The position numbers and the translations under genes were made by a program. The notes below the pieces were generated by a model. That model had not been told where the DNA came from and ran no database searches. It worked only from the letters and a program-made list of their open reading frames with translations. 59,692 bases of DNA from Phycisphaerales bacterium. GTDB taxonomy: Bacteria; Planctomycetota; Phycisphaerae; Phycisphaerales; UBA1924. Location of the stretch: positions 1 through 59,692 of the forward strand of contig DASRXL010000059.1 of assembly GCA_035654175.1 (NCBI GenBank). Reading direction: 5' to 3'. This document shows, piece after piece, positions 47,144 to 56,122 of this stretch (within the stretch, counting starts at the first letter, position 1; every line of letters starts with the position of its first letter).

Positions 47144-49486
47144 ATGAGCCTCCGACACCGTCTCTTGTCATGCGCCGCCGTCGGCGGCCTCTCGTGCGCC
47201 GCACTCGCCCAGGTCAACGGCCTGCCCACGCCGATCGACTCGATCAAGGGCGTCGCCCCGCGCGAGGCCCTCCCCATCGATCAGATCCCCGACCTCGATC
47301 CGCAAGTGATCGGCCGGCTCGAAGCCGCGGACGCGGCCCAGGGCCTTGCCCCGCGCTACGCCGTGCCGACCGACGTGGATATCTCGCCCGACACGCACGG
47401 CGTCTGGGAGCAGGTCTCCGAGAGCATGATCGCCTGGCGCATGCGCGTCCGCTGCGACAACGCGCTCAGCCTGAACTTCGGGTTCGACGCGTTCCACATG
47501 CCCGAGGGCGGCCAGCTCTCGATCTACGACACCGACGGCGACCGCGCCATCCGCCCCTTCACCGCTCGCGACAACGCCGCGCACGGCGAGCTCTGGACCC
47601 CGCCTACCGTCGGCAACGACGTGATCATCGAGCTGGTGCTGCCCGTCAAGGCGCTCGAGGAGCTCGACCTGCACCTCGGCGTCATCAACGCCGGCTACCG
47701 CGGGTTCAACGACGTCTTCGACCCGCGATCCGGGGCCTGCAACATCGACGTCGTCTGCCCCGAGGGCGACGACTGGCGCGCGGAGATCGCCTCCGTCGCC
47801 GTCATCTCCACCGGCGGCTCCCGCTTCTGCACCGGCTTCATGGTCAACAACGCCGCGGAAGACCAGACGCCATACTTCATGACCGCCAACCACTGCGGCA
47901 TCAGCGGCGGCAACGCCGCCTCCCTCGTCGCGTTCTGGAACTACGAGACCAGCGAGTGCGAGGGCACGCCCGACGGCTCGCTCTCGGACTTCCAATCCGG
48001 GTCGTTCTTCCGCGCCTCCAAGTCTTCCAGCGATTTCACCCTCGTCGAGCTCGACGAGGCACCCAACCCCGACTGGCTCGTCTCCTTCGCCGGCTGGGAT
48101 GCCGGCGGCGCCGACGCCTCCGACGCCATCGCCATCCACCACCCGGATGTCGACGAGAAGCGCATCAGCTTCGAGTTCGAGTCCACCACCACCACCAGCT
48201 ACCTCGGCGAGAGCGTCCCCGGCGACGGCACCCACGTCCGCGTCATCGACTGGGACCTCGGCACCACCGAGCCCGGCTCCTCCGGCTCGCCGCTCTTCGA
48301 CCAGAACCACCGCGTCATCGGCCAGCTCCACGGCGGCTTCGCCGCCTGCGGCAACGACCTCTCCGACTGGTACGGCAAGTTCTCCGTCTCCTGGAACGGC
48401 TCCTCCTCGAGCAACCGGCTGCGCGACTGGCTCGACCCCACCGGCTCAGGGGTGCTCGCCGCCGACACGCTCTGGCCCGGCGCCTCGGGCATCCTCGTGA
48501 GCCCCGGCGGCGTGTTCGTCGCCGAGGGCCCCGCCGGCGGCCCCTTCTCGCCCGGCTCGCAGGTGTACACGATCCGCAACATGGGCGACGTGCCCGTGGA
48601 CTACACCGTCTCGACCGGCGCGTCGTGGCTCGATATCTCGGGCGGCGCCGGCACCATCCCGGTGGACGGCCAGGCCGACGTCACCGTCACGATCAACAGC
48701 GCCGCCGAGGACTTCGACAACGGACGCTACGACGCCACGATCGACTTCGTGAACTCCACCGACCATGAGGGCGACACCGTCCGCGCCGCCCGCCTCTTCG
48801 TCGGCGTGCCCGAGCAGGTCTACGCCTGGACCATGGACACCAACCCCGGCTGGAGCACCGAGGGCCAGTGGGCCTACGGCAAGCCCACCGGCGGCGGCGG
48901 CGAGCACGGCCTCCGCGATCCGACCTCCGGCGCCACCGGCCAGAACGTCTGCGGCTACAACCTCGCCGGCGACTACGTCAACAACATGCCCGAGTACGAC
49001 CTCACCACCACCGCGATCGACTGCTCCGGCCTCTCCCGCACCAGCCTCCGCTTCAAGCGCTGGCTCAACGTCGAGCAGCCCGCCTACGACCACGCCTACA
49101 TCCGCATCTCGACCGACGGCTCCACATGGCACGAGGTCTGGTCCAACGGCGCCGAGATCACGGAGAACTCCTGGCGCGCCGTCGAGCACGACATCTCCGA
49201 GTGGGCCGACGGCGCCGAGACCGTCTACCTCCGCTGGACGATGGGCACGACCGACAGCTCCTGGCTCTACTCCGGATGGAACATCGACGACGTCGAGATC
49301 TGGGGCGTCACGTCCGGCGGCTGCCCGGGCGACTTCAACGGCGACGGCGAGGTCAACACGCTCGACGTCCTCGCGTTCCTCAACGCCTGGAACGCCGGCG
49401 ACGACTCCGGCGACTTCAACGACGACGGCGTCAACAACACCCTCGACGTCCTCGCCTTCCTCAACGCCTGGAACGCCGGCTGCTGA
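47144..49486 (+). CDS. Secreted trypsin-fold (S1, lysyl-endopeptidase-like) serine protease with C-terminal GC-type dockerin-like module
   Basis: Signal-like MSLRHRLLSCAAVGGLSCAALAQ. TANHC (His) and GSSGSPLF (Ser) motifs, additional beta-rich domains, DFNGDGEVNTLD and DFNDDGVNNTLD loops, ending NAGC-stop. Confidence 0.85.
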   Translation: MSLRHRLLSCAAVGGLSCAALAQVNGLPTPIDSIKGVAPREALPIDQIPDLDPQVIGRLEAADAAQGLAPRYAVPTDVDISPDTHGVWEQVSESMIAWRMRVRCDNALSLNFGFDAFHMPEGGQLSIYDTDGDRAIRPFTARDNAAHGELWTPPTVGNDVIIELVLPVKALEELDLHLGVINAGYRGFNDVFDPRSGACNIDVVCPEGDDWRAEIASVAVISTGGSRFCTGFMVNNAAEDQTPYFMTANHCGISGGNAASLVAFWNYETSECEGTPDGSLSDFQSGSFFRASKSSSDFTLVELDEAPNPDWLVSFAGWDAGGADASDAIAIHHPDVDEKRISFEFESTTTTSYLGESVPGDGTHVRVIDWDLGTTEPGSSGSPLFDQNHRVIGQLHGGFAACGNDLSDWYGKFSVSWNGSSSSNRLRDWLDPTGSGVLAADTLWPGASGILVSPGGVFVAEGPAGGPFSPGSQVYTIRNMGDVPVDYTVSTGASWLDISGGAGTIPVDGQADVTVTINSAAEDFDNGRYDATIDFVNSTDHEGDTVRAARLFVGVPEQVYAWTMDTNPGWSTEGQWAYGKPTGGGGEHGLRDPTSGATGQNVCGYNLAGDYVNNMPEYDLTTTAIDCSGLSRTSLRFKRWLNVEQPAYDHAYIRISTDGSTWHEVWSNGAEITENSWRAVEHDISEWADGAETVYLRWTMGTTDSSWLYSGWNIDDVEIWGVTSGGCPGDFNGDGEVNTLDVLAFLNAWNAGDDSGDFNDDGVNNTLDVLAFLNAWNAGC

Positions 49487-49551
49487 CACAGCCGCGTGCC
49501 TGAGCACGCGGAAGACCTGATCGGTGTTCGACGCCTCCTATGGGCCGCCAC

Positions 49552-49589
49552 AAAGCGCCCGGGATGAACATCCCGGGCGCTTTCGTTTC
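49552..49589 (+). terminator. Rho-independent terminator
   Basis: 13-bp perfect stem AAAGCGCCCGGGA / TCCCGGGCGCTTT with a 6-nt loop, then CGTTTCG. Confidence 0.75.
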
Positions 49590-49601
49590 GGATGCGGATC
49601 C

Positions 49602-49710
49602 AACACAGAGGCACAGAGCGAAAACTTTGAATCGGAGCCTGTGGATGGGGCCGGCATTGATTCGACTCGATGTGTCTCTGTGTCTCTGTGTCTCTGTGCC
49701 TCTGTGTTCG
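49602..49710. repeat. Octanucleotide tandem array (TGTGTCTC-type) with a distal 16-bp inverted repeat
   Basis: TGTGTCTC x3, then TGTGCCTC and TGTGTTCG (49671-49710). AACACAGAGGCACAGA (49602-49617) is the exact reverse complement of 49693-49708. Confidence 0.75.
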
Positions 49711-49767
49711 AGTTTCCTCTGCCTTGCTCCGCGCCCTCCGCGCCCCTCCGCCGCTCCGCGTTCGTCT

Positions 49768-51279
49768 TCAAACCCGCGGCCCGCTCTCGCCGAGCTTCGC
49801 GATCGCCTCCCCATACTGCTCCCGCAGCGGCTCGACCACTTCCTTGATGAACCGCTCCGTCTGCTCCACGCTCCGCCCCACGTACTTCATCGGATCCATC
49901 ACGCCGTCCCAATCCAGCTCGCCCGCGAGCAGCCCGCCGCGCGCCTTGCTCTGGAACGCCGCGTCGGCCTTGAGCCGCTCGAGCAGGTCGTTCTCCAGCC
50001 CCTCCTGCTTCACCCGCATCCCCGCGGCCTGCGCGTGCTGGCGGATCCGCTCGTGGTAGTCCTGCCGGTCCGCCCCGAGCTTCACGCACGCCATGAGGAT
50101 GTTCTCGGTGGCCATGAAGGGCAGCTCGGCCATGAGGTTCTTGCGGACCATCGCCTCATGCACGATCAGCCCGCTCGCCACGTTGTGCATCAGGTCCAGC
50201 GCCCCATCCAGCGCGAGGAACGCCTCGGGGAGCGACAGCCGCCGGTTCGAGGAGTCGTCCAGCGTCCGCTCCAGCCACTGCGTCGCCGCCGTGTCGTACG
50301 CGTTACCAACCAAGTTCATCACAAAGCGCGTGAGGCCGCAGATCCGCTCGCACCGCATCGGGTTCCGCTTGTACGGCATCGCCGAGGAGCCGATCTGCTT
50401 GGATTCAAACGGCTCGTCGAGCTCCTTGCGGTTGGAGAGCAGACGGATGTCGGTAGCGATCTTGTGGAGGACGGCGGCGACGCAGGCAAGTTCGGCGAGC
50501 AGACGCGCATCCTCGCTACGGGGATAGGTTTGGCCGACCACCTTGTGTGGGTTCGTGCAGATCCATTCTCCGGCCTTGAAAGTCGCGGAAGTGAAGCGAC
50601 CGATGAACCCGCGCTCCAGATCATCCACGAGGTCCGGTCGTCCGCCTGCTAGGTCCAAGAATGATGCCTGCGTGCCGGTAGCGCCGCGAAGGCCCCTGAG
50701 AAACGGGCCGCGCTCAAACGCTTGTCCGTGTGCCAGCGCCAAGTCGTACCCCCACAGCGCCGCTCGCCTCCCGACAGTCGTCGGCTGCGCAGGCTGATAA
50801 TGCGTGAATCCCAGAGTGGGCGTCCGACACCACCGCTCAGCGAATACCGAAAGCGAAAGCACCGCGCGCACCGTCTTTGTCATGATCAGCTTGAATGCGG
50901 CTGTGATCGTTGCCCAGTCCGCATTGCACACCACATCCTGACTCGTCATTCCCAGATGAATGATCGGCCGCGCCTTCGGACACGAGTCGCCCAGCGCATG
51001 CACATGCGCCATCACGTCATGCCGCAGCTCCCCCTCGTACCGCTCCGCGGCCGCCATCTCCTCGTCGGTGATGCCGCCGGGCCGCTCCACGACCGCCCGT
51101 AGCTCCTCCACCTGCTCCTTCGTCACCGGCAGCCCCAGCTCGTGCTGCGCCTCGGCCACCGCCAGCCAGATCCGCCGCCACGTGTTGAACTTGTGCCGCG
51201 CCGACCACAGCCGCAGCATCTCCGGGCTCGCGTTCCGCGACGCAAGTGGGGACGTGTACGTGTCGTAGTGGTTTGTCAT
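49768..51279 (-). CDS. purB: Adenylosuccinate lyase
   Basis: GSSAMPYKRNPMRCERI signature loop and YDTYTSPLASRNASPEM N-terminus; 503 aa. Confidence 0.9.
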   Translation of the reverse strand: MTNHYDTYTSPLASRNASPEMLRLWSARHKFNTWRRIWLAVAEAQHELGLPVTKEQVEELRAVVERPGGITDEEMAAAERYEGELRHDVMAHVHALGDSCPKARPIIHLGMTSQDVVCNADWATITAAFKLIMTKTVRAVLSLSVFAERWCRTPTLGFTHYQPAQPTTVGRRAALWGYDLALAHGQAFERGPFLRGLRGATGTQASFLDLAGGRPDLVDDLERGFIGRFTSATFKAGEWICTNPHKVVGQTYPRSEDARLLAELACVAAVLHKIATDIRLLSNRKELDEPFESKQIGSSAMPYKRNPMRCERICGLTRFVMNLVGNAYDTAATQWLERTLDDSSNRRLSLPEAFLALDGALDLMHNVASGLIVHEAMVRKNLMAELPFMATENILMACVKLGADRQDYHERIRQHAQAAGMRVKQEGLENDLLERLKADAAFQSKARGGLLAGELDWDGVMDPMKYVGRSVEQTERFIKEVVEPLREQYGEAIAKLGESGPRV

Positions 51280-51656
51280 GAGTCAACCGAATCCTCTGCT
51301 TCGTACAGCGGGGCGAAACGTGCCCAAACCGTGTCCGCCGCGGCGTGGAGCGGCGGCAGGTGTTCCTCAAGAACGGTCCAGACCTTGTCGTGATCCAGCT
51401 TGAAGTAGCCGTGCACCAGCGTATTGCGGAACGCGACGATCTGTGCGGCGTCACCGAGTTCGGCGGCCATTCCCGGATCGAGAGCGGACAGGCGGTTCAT
51501 GGCTTCACCGAGCGTGATGAGCTTGCGTTCCACGGCCGCGCGCGTCTTCTCGTCCGCGAGATACTCGGGCTTGCTCATCCCCGCGAGAAACGACACGATG
51601 CTCTGGCAGGCGTCGCGCACGTCCCAGACATAGGCGCTCGGCTCACGCCGCGGCAT
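51276..51656 (-). CDS. hepT: HepT-like (DUF86/HEPN) toxin
   Basis: The RNTLVHGY R-x4-H HEPN motif near the C-terminus. Lies directly downstream of an MntA-like gene. The start is uncertain (51656 or 51695). Confidence 0.8.
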   Translation of the reverse strand: MPRREPSAYVWDVRDACQSIVSFLAGMSKPEYLADEKTRAAVERKLITLGEAMNRLSALDPGMAAELGDAAQIVAFRNTLVHGYFKLDHDKVWTVLEEHLPPLHAAADTVWARFAPLYEAEDSVDS

Positions 51657-51954
51657 AGAGCGGCACCTTCGAGTGTTCGATGGAGTGTCGGACAACCGGG
51701 TTGCGGATGCAGTGCCGCTCGATCAGATCTACCTCCCGTCCCAGCAGCGCCTTCAGGTCCGCCAGCAGCAGGAAGTACACGTCGTCGAAGCCCTTTGACT
51801 CGTGCGGCTCAAACTCCACGAGAAAGTCCACGTCGCTCCGTTCGGGGTCGAACCCCTCCCCCAGCGCCGAGCCGATCAGGAACAGCCGCCGCACCCCGTG
51901 CCTGCGGCAGAGCTCGGCGATCTTGTCCAGATTGTCCCGGATCAGCGGCACCAC
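51643..51954 (-). CDS. mntA: MntA-like nucleotidyltransferase antitoxin
   Basis: LFLIGSALGEGFDPERSDVDFLVEF gives the GS...D.D minimal nucleotidyltransferase motif; 103 aa. Confidence 0.85.
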   Translation of the reverse strand: MVPLIRDNLDKIAELCRRHGVRRLFLIGSALGEGFDPERSDVDFLVEFEPHESKGFDDVYFLLLADLKALLGREVDLIERHCIRNPVVRHSIEHSKVPLYAAA

Positions 51955-51987
51955 GCCCGCATTCTACGTCCAATGCCCCCCAAAAAC

Positions 51988-52041
51988 AGAGCCCGCAGCG
52001 CAAGCGAGGGTCACAGAGCCCGACGCGCAAGCAAGGGCCAC
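51988..52041 (+). repeat. REP-like doublet
   Basis: AGAGCCCGCAGCGCAAGCGAGGGTCAC followed immediately by AGAGCCCGACGCGCAAGCAAGGGCCAC. Confidence 0.7.
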
Positions 52042-52096
52042 GCCTGCCGGACGCGTCCCGGCCCACCTCCTGCCGCCCGCAGGCCCCAAACCTTGC

Positions 52097-52567
52097 TCAG
52101 ATATCCGCCCCTTGCCCATCGCACACATACGCCCGCGCCAACGACTCCTCGTTCCAGAGGTACTTCTTGCTCCCCTTCTCTGTCCACACCGTCTGCGTCT
52201 GCCCCGCGAGCCCCGCCCGGCGCAGCGCGCGCGTGCAACAGCCCTTGAACTGCGCCAGCACGACGCCCGGCTCCTCGGGCGCCCACACGACGGCGTGCAC
52301 ATGCTTCGTGCGGACGTTCACTTCATGGAGCCTCCACTTGCGTATGCCGCAGTGCTCCCGGATCGTGTGCCTCACGATCTCGCGCGCTTCAGGGCTTAGT
52401 GCAAAGGGTTCCCCCGCGAGCTGTTCGTATCGCGCGGACCTGCGAGCTTCGTCCGGCCGGGCGAACGGTTGGCCGTATGCATTGTGCTCGTCATCTACCG
52501 ACCCGCGCTCGTCGCCGTGGAGCCAGGTGCCGTAGGTGGTCCATGTGAGGAGGTATCCGAGCGGCAT
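52097..52567 (-). CDS. IS200/IS605-family Y1 (HUH) transposase-like protein, RAYT-type
   Basis: YLLTWTTYGTWLHGDERG N-terminus, HUH motif in TKHVHAVVW, and a C-terminal conserved Tyr region (KKYLWNEESL); 156 aa. Confidence 0.7.
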   Translation of the reverse strand: MPLGYLLTWTTYGTWLHGDERGSVDDEHNAYGQPFARPDEARRSARYEQLAGEPFALSPEAREIVRHTIREHCGIRKWRLHEVNVRTKHVHAVVWAPEEPGVVLAQFKGCCTRALRRAGLAGQTQTVWTEKGSKKYLWNEESLARAYVCDGQGADI

Positions 52568-52660
52568 TGAGGTATACTAACAAATGGCCACGCGGCGGAA
52601 TGACGCGACCCGTAAGCGACGGCTGCGAAGTTGGGGAAGATCCAAAGCCAGTGAGCCCAC

Positions 52661-52714
52661 GTGACCCTCGCTCGCGCTTCGGGCTCCGAGACCCTCGCTT
52701 GCGCTTCGGGCTCT
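52661..52714 (-). repeat. REP-like doublet, inverted relative to 51988-52041
   Basis: GTGACCCTCGCTCGCGCTTCGGGCTC followed by CGAGACCCTCGCTTGCGCTTCGGGCTCT. These are reverse complements of the 51988 units with a few substitutions. Confidence 0.7.
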
Positions 52715-52742
52715 GTGGCGCTGGCCCCCGTAGACTCTCCCG

Positions 52743-55088
52743 ATGGACCGCGCCAACGCCGTCACCGGCTCGCTCTTCCGACCCGTCCGGGTCGAAGCCG
52801 CGGTGCGCGCTGTCCGCGTCGCCGCCGTGGTCCCCTGCCACAACCGGCCCGCGGACCTGGCCCTGCTCGGCGCCGACCTCGTTGCCTGCAGGCTCGCCGC
52901 GGCCGCTCCCGCCCCCAACCCCGAGCACCTGCGCATCGAGCTCTCCGTCATCGTCGTGGACAACGCCTCCGACCCGCCGCTCGACGCGCCGTCTCTCCGC
53001 GCCGACGTCCCCTTCCACGTCCTCCGCCTCGCTACGAACACCGGCGGCTCCGGCGGCTTCAACGCCGGTATGGCGGTCGCCCTCGAAGACACAGCCGCCG
53101 CCGATGCCCCCGACTACCTCTGGCTCGTCGATTCCGACGCCCGCGTCGAGCCCGACACGCTCGCGATGCTCCTCGGCGCGATGGAGGCCGATGCATCGCT
53201 CGTCGCCGTCGGCCCCGCGCTTTCCGACACGCTCGAAGGCGGCATCCACGAGGTCGGCGGCCGCGTCGATCGCCGCACCGGCCGCTTCGGGCCCGCCAGC
53301 ACCACCGCGACCGGCGACACTCCGATCGACTGCGACTACGTCGCCGCGTGCTGCGCCCTCGTGCGCACCAGCGCGATCCGCGCGGCCGGGCTGATGCCCG
53401 ACACCTTCCTCAATGGCGACGACGTCGAGTGGTGCATCCGCCTCGCGTGCGAAACCGACGGCCGCATCGCCGCGCTCCCCGCCGCCCGCGCCGCCCACCC
53501 CCGCTTCGACCGCTACGCCACGACCGCCCGCTACTTCGGGGCCCGCAACGCCTTCGGCCCCATCGACGCCCTCGGCCTCGGCCCGATCGTTCGCCTCCGC
53601 CGCGCGCTGCACGAGACTTGCCGCGCCGTCAACCAGCACCTCATGGCCCGTCCCGACCTCGCCGCCCTCCACATCCGCGGCCTGTGCGACGCAGCGCGCG
53701 GCATCACCCGGGGCCTGCCTCCTGACCTCCCTCCCATCGAACCCCCGCGCCCCCTCGCCGAGCTCGAAGCGCTGCTCGAGAAGTTGACCCCGGGCACCAT
53801 CGCGATTGACCTGCCCGACGCCGAGCGCGAGCGCCTCGCCGGGTGCCGCTACCGGCGCGCCTCCCTCTCGACCTCGTTCTCATCGCTCCGACAAAGCGGG
53901 CGCGCCGCGCCCAATCCGCTCCCCGCCTTCCTCTCCCGTGTCCTCACCGGCCCGAGCTACGACCTCGCCATCGTCCCCGCCAAGGGCTCCCCGGCGCACT
54001 GGCTCCTCGCACGCGACATGATCGAGCTCTCGCCCGCAGGTTTCGTCCACCGGCGCGTCCGACGCGGGCGCATCCTCGCCAGCGCCGCGGCGTCAGGCGC
54101 GGTCGGCGCCGCCTGCGCGCTGCGGATCGCCGCCTGCGCCGCCGCGCGTCCGCCCCTGCCGCAGCCGGCCGCCGTGCGCGCCCTCGCGCCCGTCGCCGCG
54201 CCGCGAACCAAGCTCTCCCTCTCCGTCATCATCCTCAGCTACAACCGCAAGGCCGCGCTGCTCGAGACCCTCCGCCGCCTCCAAAGCTCGCCAGCCACGC
54301 GCGACGCCGAGATCATCGTCGTGGACAACGCCTCCACCGACGGCTCCCCCGACGCGATCCGTGAGCACGCCCCGCACGCTCGCCTCATCGCCCTCGACGC
54401 CAACGAGGCCATCGCCGGCTTCAACCGCGGCGTCGAATCCGCGAGCGGCGACCTCGTCCTCATCCTCGACGACGACGCCCGCCCCGAGCCCGACGCCCTC
54501 GCCGGCGCGATCAACCTCCTCGCCGACCGGCCCGCCCTCGCCGCCGTCACGCTCGTCCCGTTTCACCCGCAGACCGGCGCCACCGAGTGGCCCTTCGCCG
54601 CTCGCCTGCAATCGCCGCGCGACGACTGGCCCGTCATGGGCTGCTGTAACCTCGTCCGCCGCTCGGTGTGGCAAGCGGTGGGGGGGTACGAGGAGCGCTT
54701 CTTCCTCTACCGCAACGACGTTGACCTCGCCCTCACGATCCTCGCCACGGGCCGCGGCGTGCACTGCAACCCCGCCTGGCGCTGCGAGCACGATTCACCC
54801 GCCGCGGCCGCCAAGAGCCCGCGTTGGTTCCAACTCGCCACCCGCAACTGGCTCTGGCTCGCCCGACGCCACGCCCGCGGCTCTCGCGCCCTCTTCGGCG
54901 CCCTCGCAGGCTGGCTCTGGGCCCACAGGCTCGCCGGCCTTTCCCCCGATCGCCACTGGGCCACATTCCGCGGCGGAATCGAAGGACTCACGCTCCCACC
55001 GCCGCCTCTGTCACCTGCCGTTCGCTCCGACGGTCGCGCATTCACATCACTCCTGCGCCTCCGCTTCACCGCCCGCCGCAAGTCTTGA
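52743..55088 (+). CDS. Dual-domain family 2 glycosyltransferase
   Basis: Two GT2 modules. The first has VVPCHNRP...VIVVDNASD...DSDARVEPD. The second has LSVIILSYNRK...IIVVDNASTDGS...LILDDDARPEPD. Confidence 0.85.
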   Translation: MDRANAVTGSLFRPVRVEAAVRAVRVAAVVPCHNRPADLALLGADLVACRLAAAAPAPNPEHLRIELSVIVVDNASDPPLDAPSLRADVPFHVLRLATNTGGSGGFNAGMAVALEDTAAADAPDYLWLVDSDARVEPDTLAMLLGAMEADASLVAVGPALSDTLEGGIHEVGGRVDRRTGRFGPASTTATGDTPIDCDYVAACCALVRTSAIRAAGLMPDTFLNGDDVEWCIRLACETDGRIAALPAARAAHPRFDRYATTARYFGARNAFGPIDALGLGPIVRLRRALHETCRAVNQHLMARPDLAALHIRGLCDAARGITRGLPPDLPPIEPPRPLAELEALLEKLTPGTIAIDLPDAERERLAGCRYRRASLSTSFSSLRQSGRAAPNPLPAFLSRVLTGPSYDLAIVPAKGSPAHWLLARDMIELSPAGFVHRRVRRGRILASAAASGAVGAACALRIAACAAARPPLPQPAAVRALAPVAAPRTKLSLSVIILSYNRKAALLETLRRLQSSPATRDAEIIVVDNASTDGSPDAIREHAPHARLIALDANEAIAGFNRGVESASGDLVLILDDDARPEPDALAGAINLLADRPALAAVTLVPFHPQTGATEWPFAARLQSPRDDWPVMGCCNLVRRSVWQAVGGYEERFFLYRNDVDLALTILATGRGVHCNPAWRCEHDSPAAAAKSPRWFQLATRNWLWLARRHARGSRALFGALAGWLWAHRLAGLSPDRHWATFRGGIEGLTLPPPPLSPAVRSDGRAFTSLLRLRFTARRKS

Positions 55089-55149
55089 TTCGCTGCCTTG
55101 CCGCGCCTTGATGCCTCGGTGCCTTGATGCCTCGATGCCTTCTTCCCCA

Positions 55150-55665
55150 TCAACTGCCTTCACCCGCCTCCACGATCACACCAAGCATCGCCCGCCACTC
55201 GCCGTAGCGGTAGGGCAAACCGTGCCGCTCGTGAATCCCCCGCATCTCGCGCAGCATCCGCTCGCTCAGCTCCATCTGCCACTCCTGCGCCGTCTCGTCG
55301 CAGTAGTACACGCGGCAGCCCAGCGGCCGGATCGCATGCACCGAGCACAAGAGCGACTTCTGGAACGGGCACCCACCCGCCGCGCGGGCCGCGCCGATCC
55401 GCTCGGGCGTCAATGGGCGATCCAGGCGCGCGAGCAGGTACGCCGCCTCCAGCCCCGTCACGTACAGCCGGTGTCCCCACTCCTCGAACCTGCAGCACCG
55501 CCCCGAGGCGTCGCACACCGGCCGCCGCTGCGCCACCGCCCGCGCGATCGCCTCGTAGACCAGCTCCAGCTCGCCCGAGATCTGCGGTTCCACCGCCGCC
55601 GCGAGCCACGACCGCGCGGCCGCGATCTCCTCCTCGTCCAGAGGTTGGCCCGCGTGCCCGTTCAT
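55150..55665 (-). CDS. YkgJ-family cysteine-cluster protein
   Basis: CDASGRCCRFE...GGCPFQ...LCSVHAIRPLGCRVYYC pattern. Start re-called at MNGHAGQ; its ATG overlaps the upstream stop (ATGA). Confidence 0.75.
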   Translation of the reverse strand: MNGHAGQPLDEEEIAAARSWLAAAVEPQISGELELVYEAIARAVAQRRPVCDASGRCCRFEEWGHRLYVTGLEAAYLLARLDRPLTPERIGAARAAGGCPFQKSLLCSVHAIRPLGCRVYYCDETAQEWQMELSERMLREMRGIHERHGLPYRYGEWRAMLGVIVEAGEGS

Positions 55666-55964
55666 GGCCCCGGGTTGTGGATCGTGTCCGGGCCCTTGCC
55701 CGCCGTCTTCTCGTAGTACCCGTCGCCCTTGCGCTCGTACTTGGTGAAGCCGAGCCGGTCCAGGTTCTTGTCGGAGAGCCGGCTCTTGCTCCCCATGTCC
55801 GACCACTTCCCCGCGATCATCGGCGCCTGCGGCACCCTCCGCACCGGCTCCCCGGTCTCCGGGTGCTCCGTCAGCGCCGCCTCCTTCATCGACTGCACGC
55901 ACTCGAAGAACTCGCCCGTGCCCTTCCCCTCCTTGTCGATGACCTCATACACGTACGTGGGCAT
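55662..55964 (-). CDS. FmdB-like small protein lacking the zinc-ribbon cysteines
   Basis: The MPTYVYEV N-terminus resembles FmdB (MPxYEYxC), but both CxxC positions are replaced (VIDKEG; HPETG). Confidence 0.55.
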   Translation of the reverse strand: MPTYVYEVIDKEGKGTGEFFECVQSMKEAALTEHPETGEPVRRVPQAPMIAGKWSDMGSKSRLSDKNLDRLGFTKYERKGDGYYEKTAGKGPDTIHNPGP

Positions 55965-55987
55965 GCCGAAGGATATGCCCCGCAAAA

Positions 55988-56015
55988 CCGAGCCCGAAGC
56001 GCGAGCGAGGGCCAC
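55988..56015 (+). repeat. Solitary REP-like unit
   Basis: CCGAGCCCGAAGCGCGAGCGAGGGCCAC belongs to the same family as the units flanking the RAYT gene. Confidence 0.6.
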
Positions 56016-56122
56016 GCCGCGGCAGCCGCGCCCGGGCGAGAAGGCCCATGCGCCGGCGCAACCGTCGGCCGCCTTCGCGCCGGGTGCGCAGGCCCGGCGA
56101 TCGCCCGCGCATCGGGCTCGCG

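Larger units (their letters stand above)
51988..52714 (-). mobile_element. RAYT (REP-associated tyrosine transposase) unit flanked by inverted REP doublets
   Basis: An IS200/IS605 Y1-like gene sits between two tandem 27-nt repeat pairs in opposite orientation (51988-52041 and 52661-52714). Confidence 0.65.
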
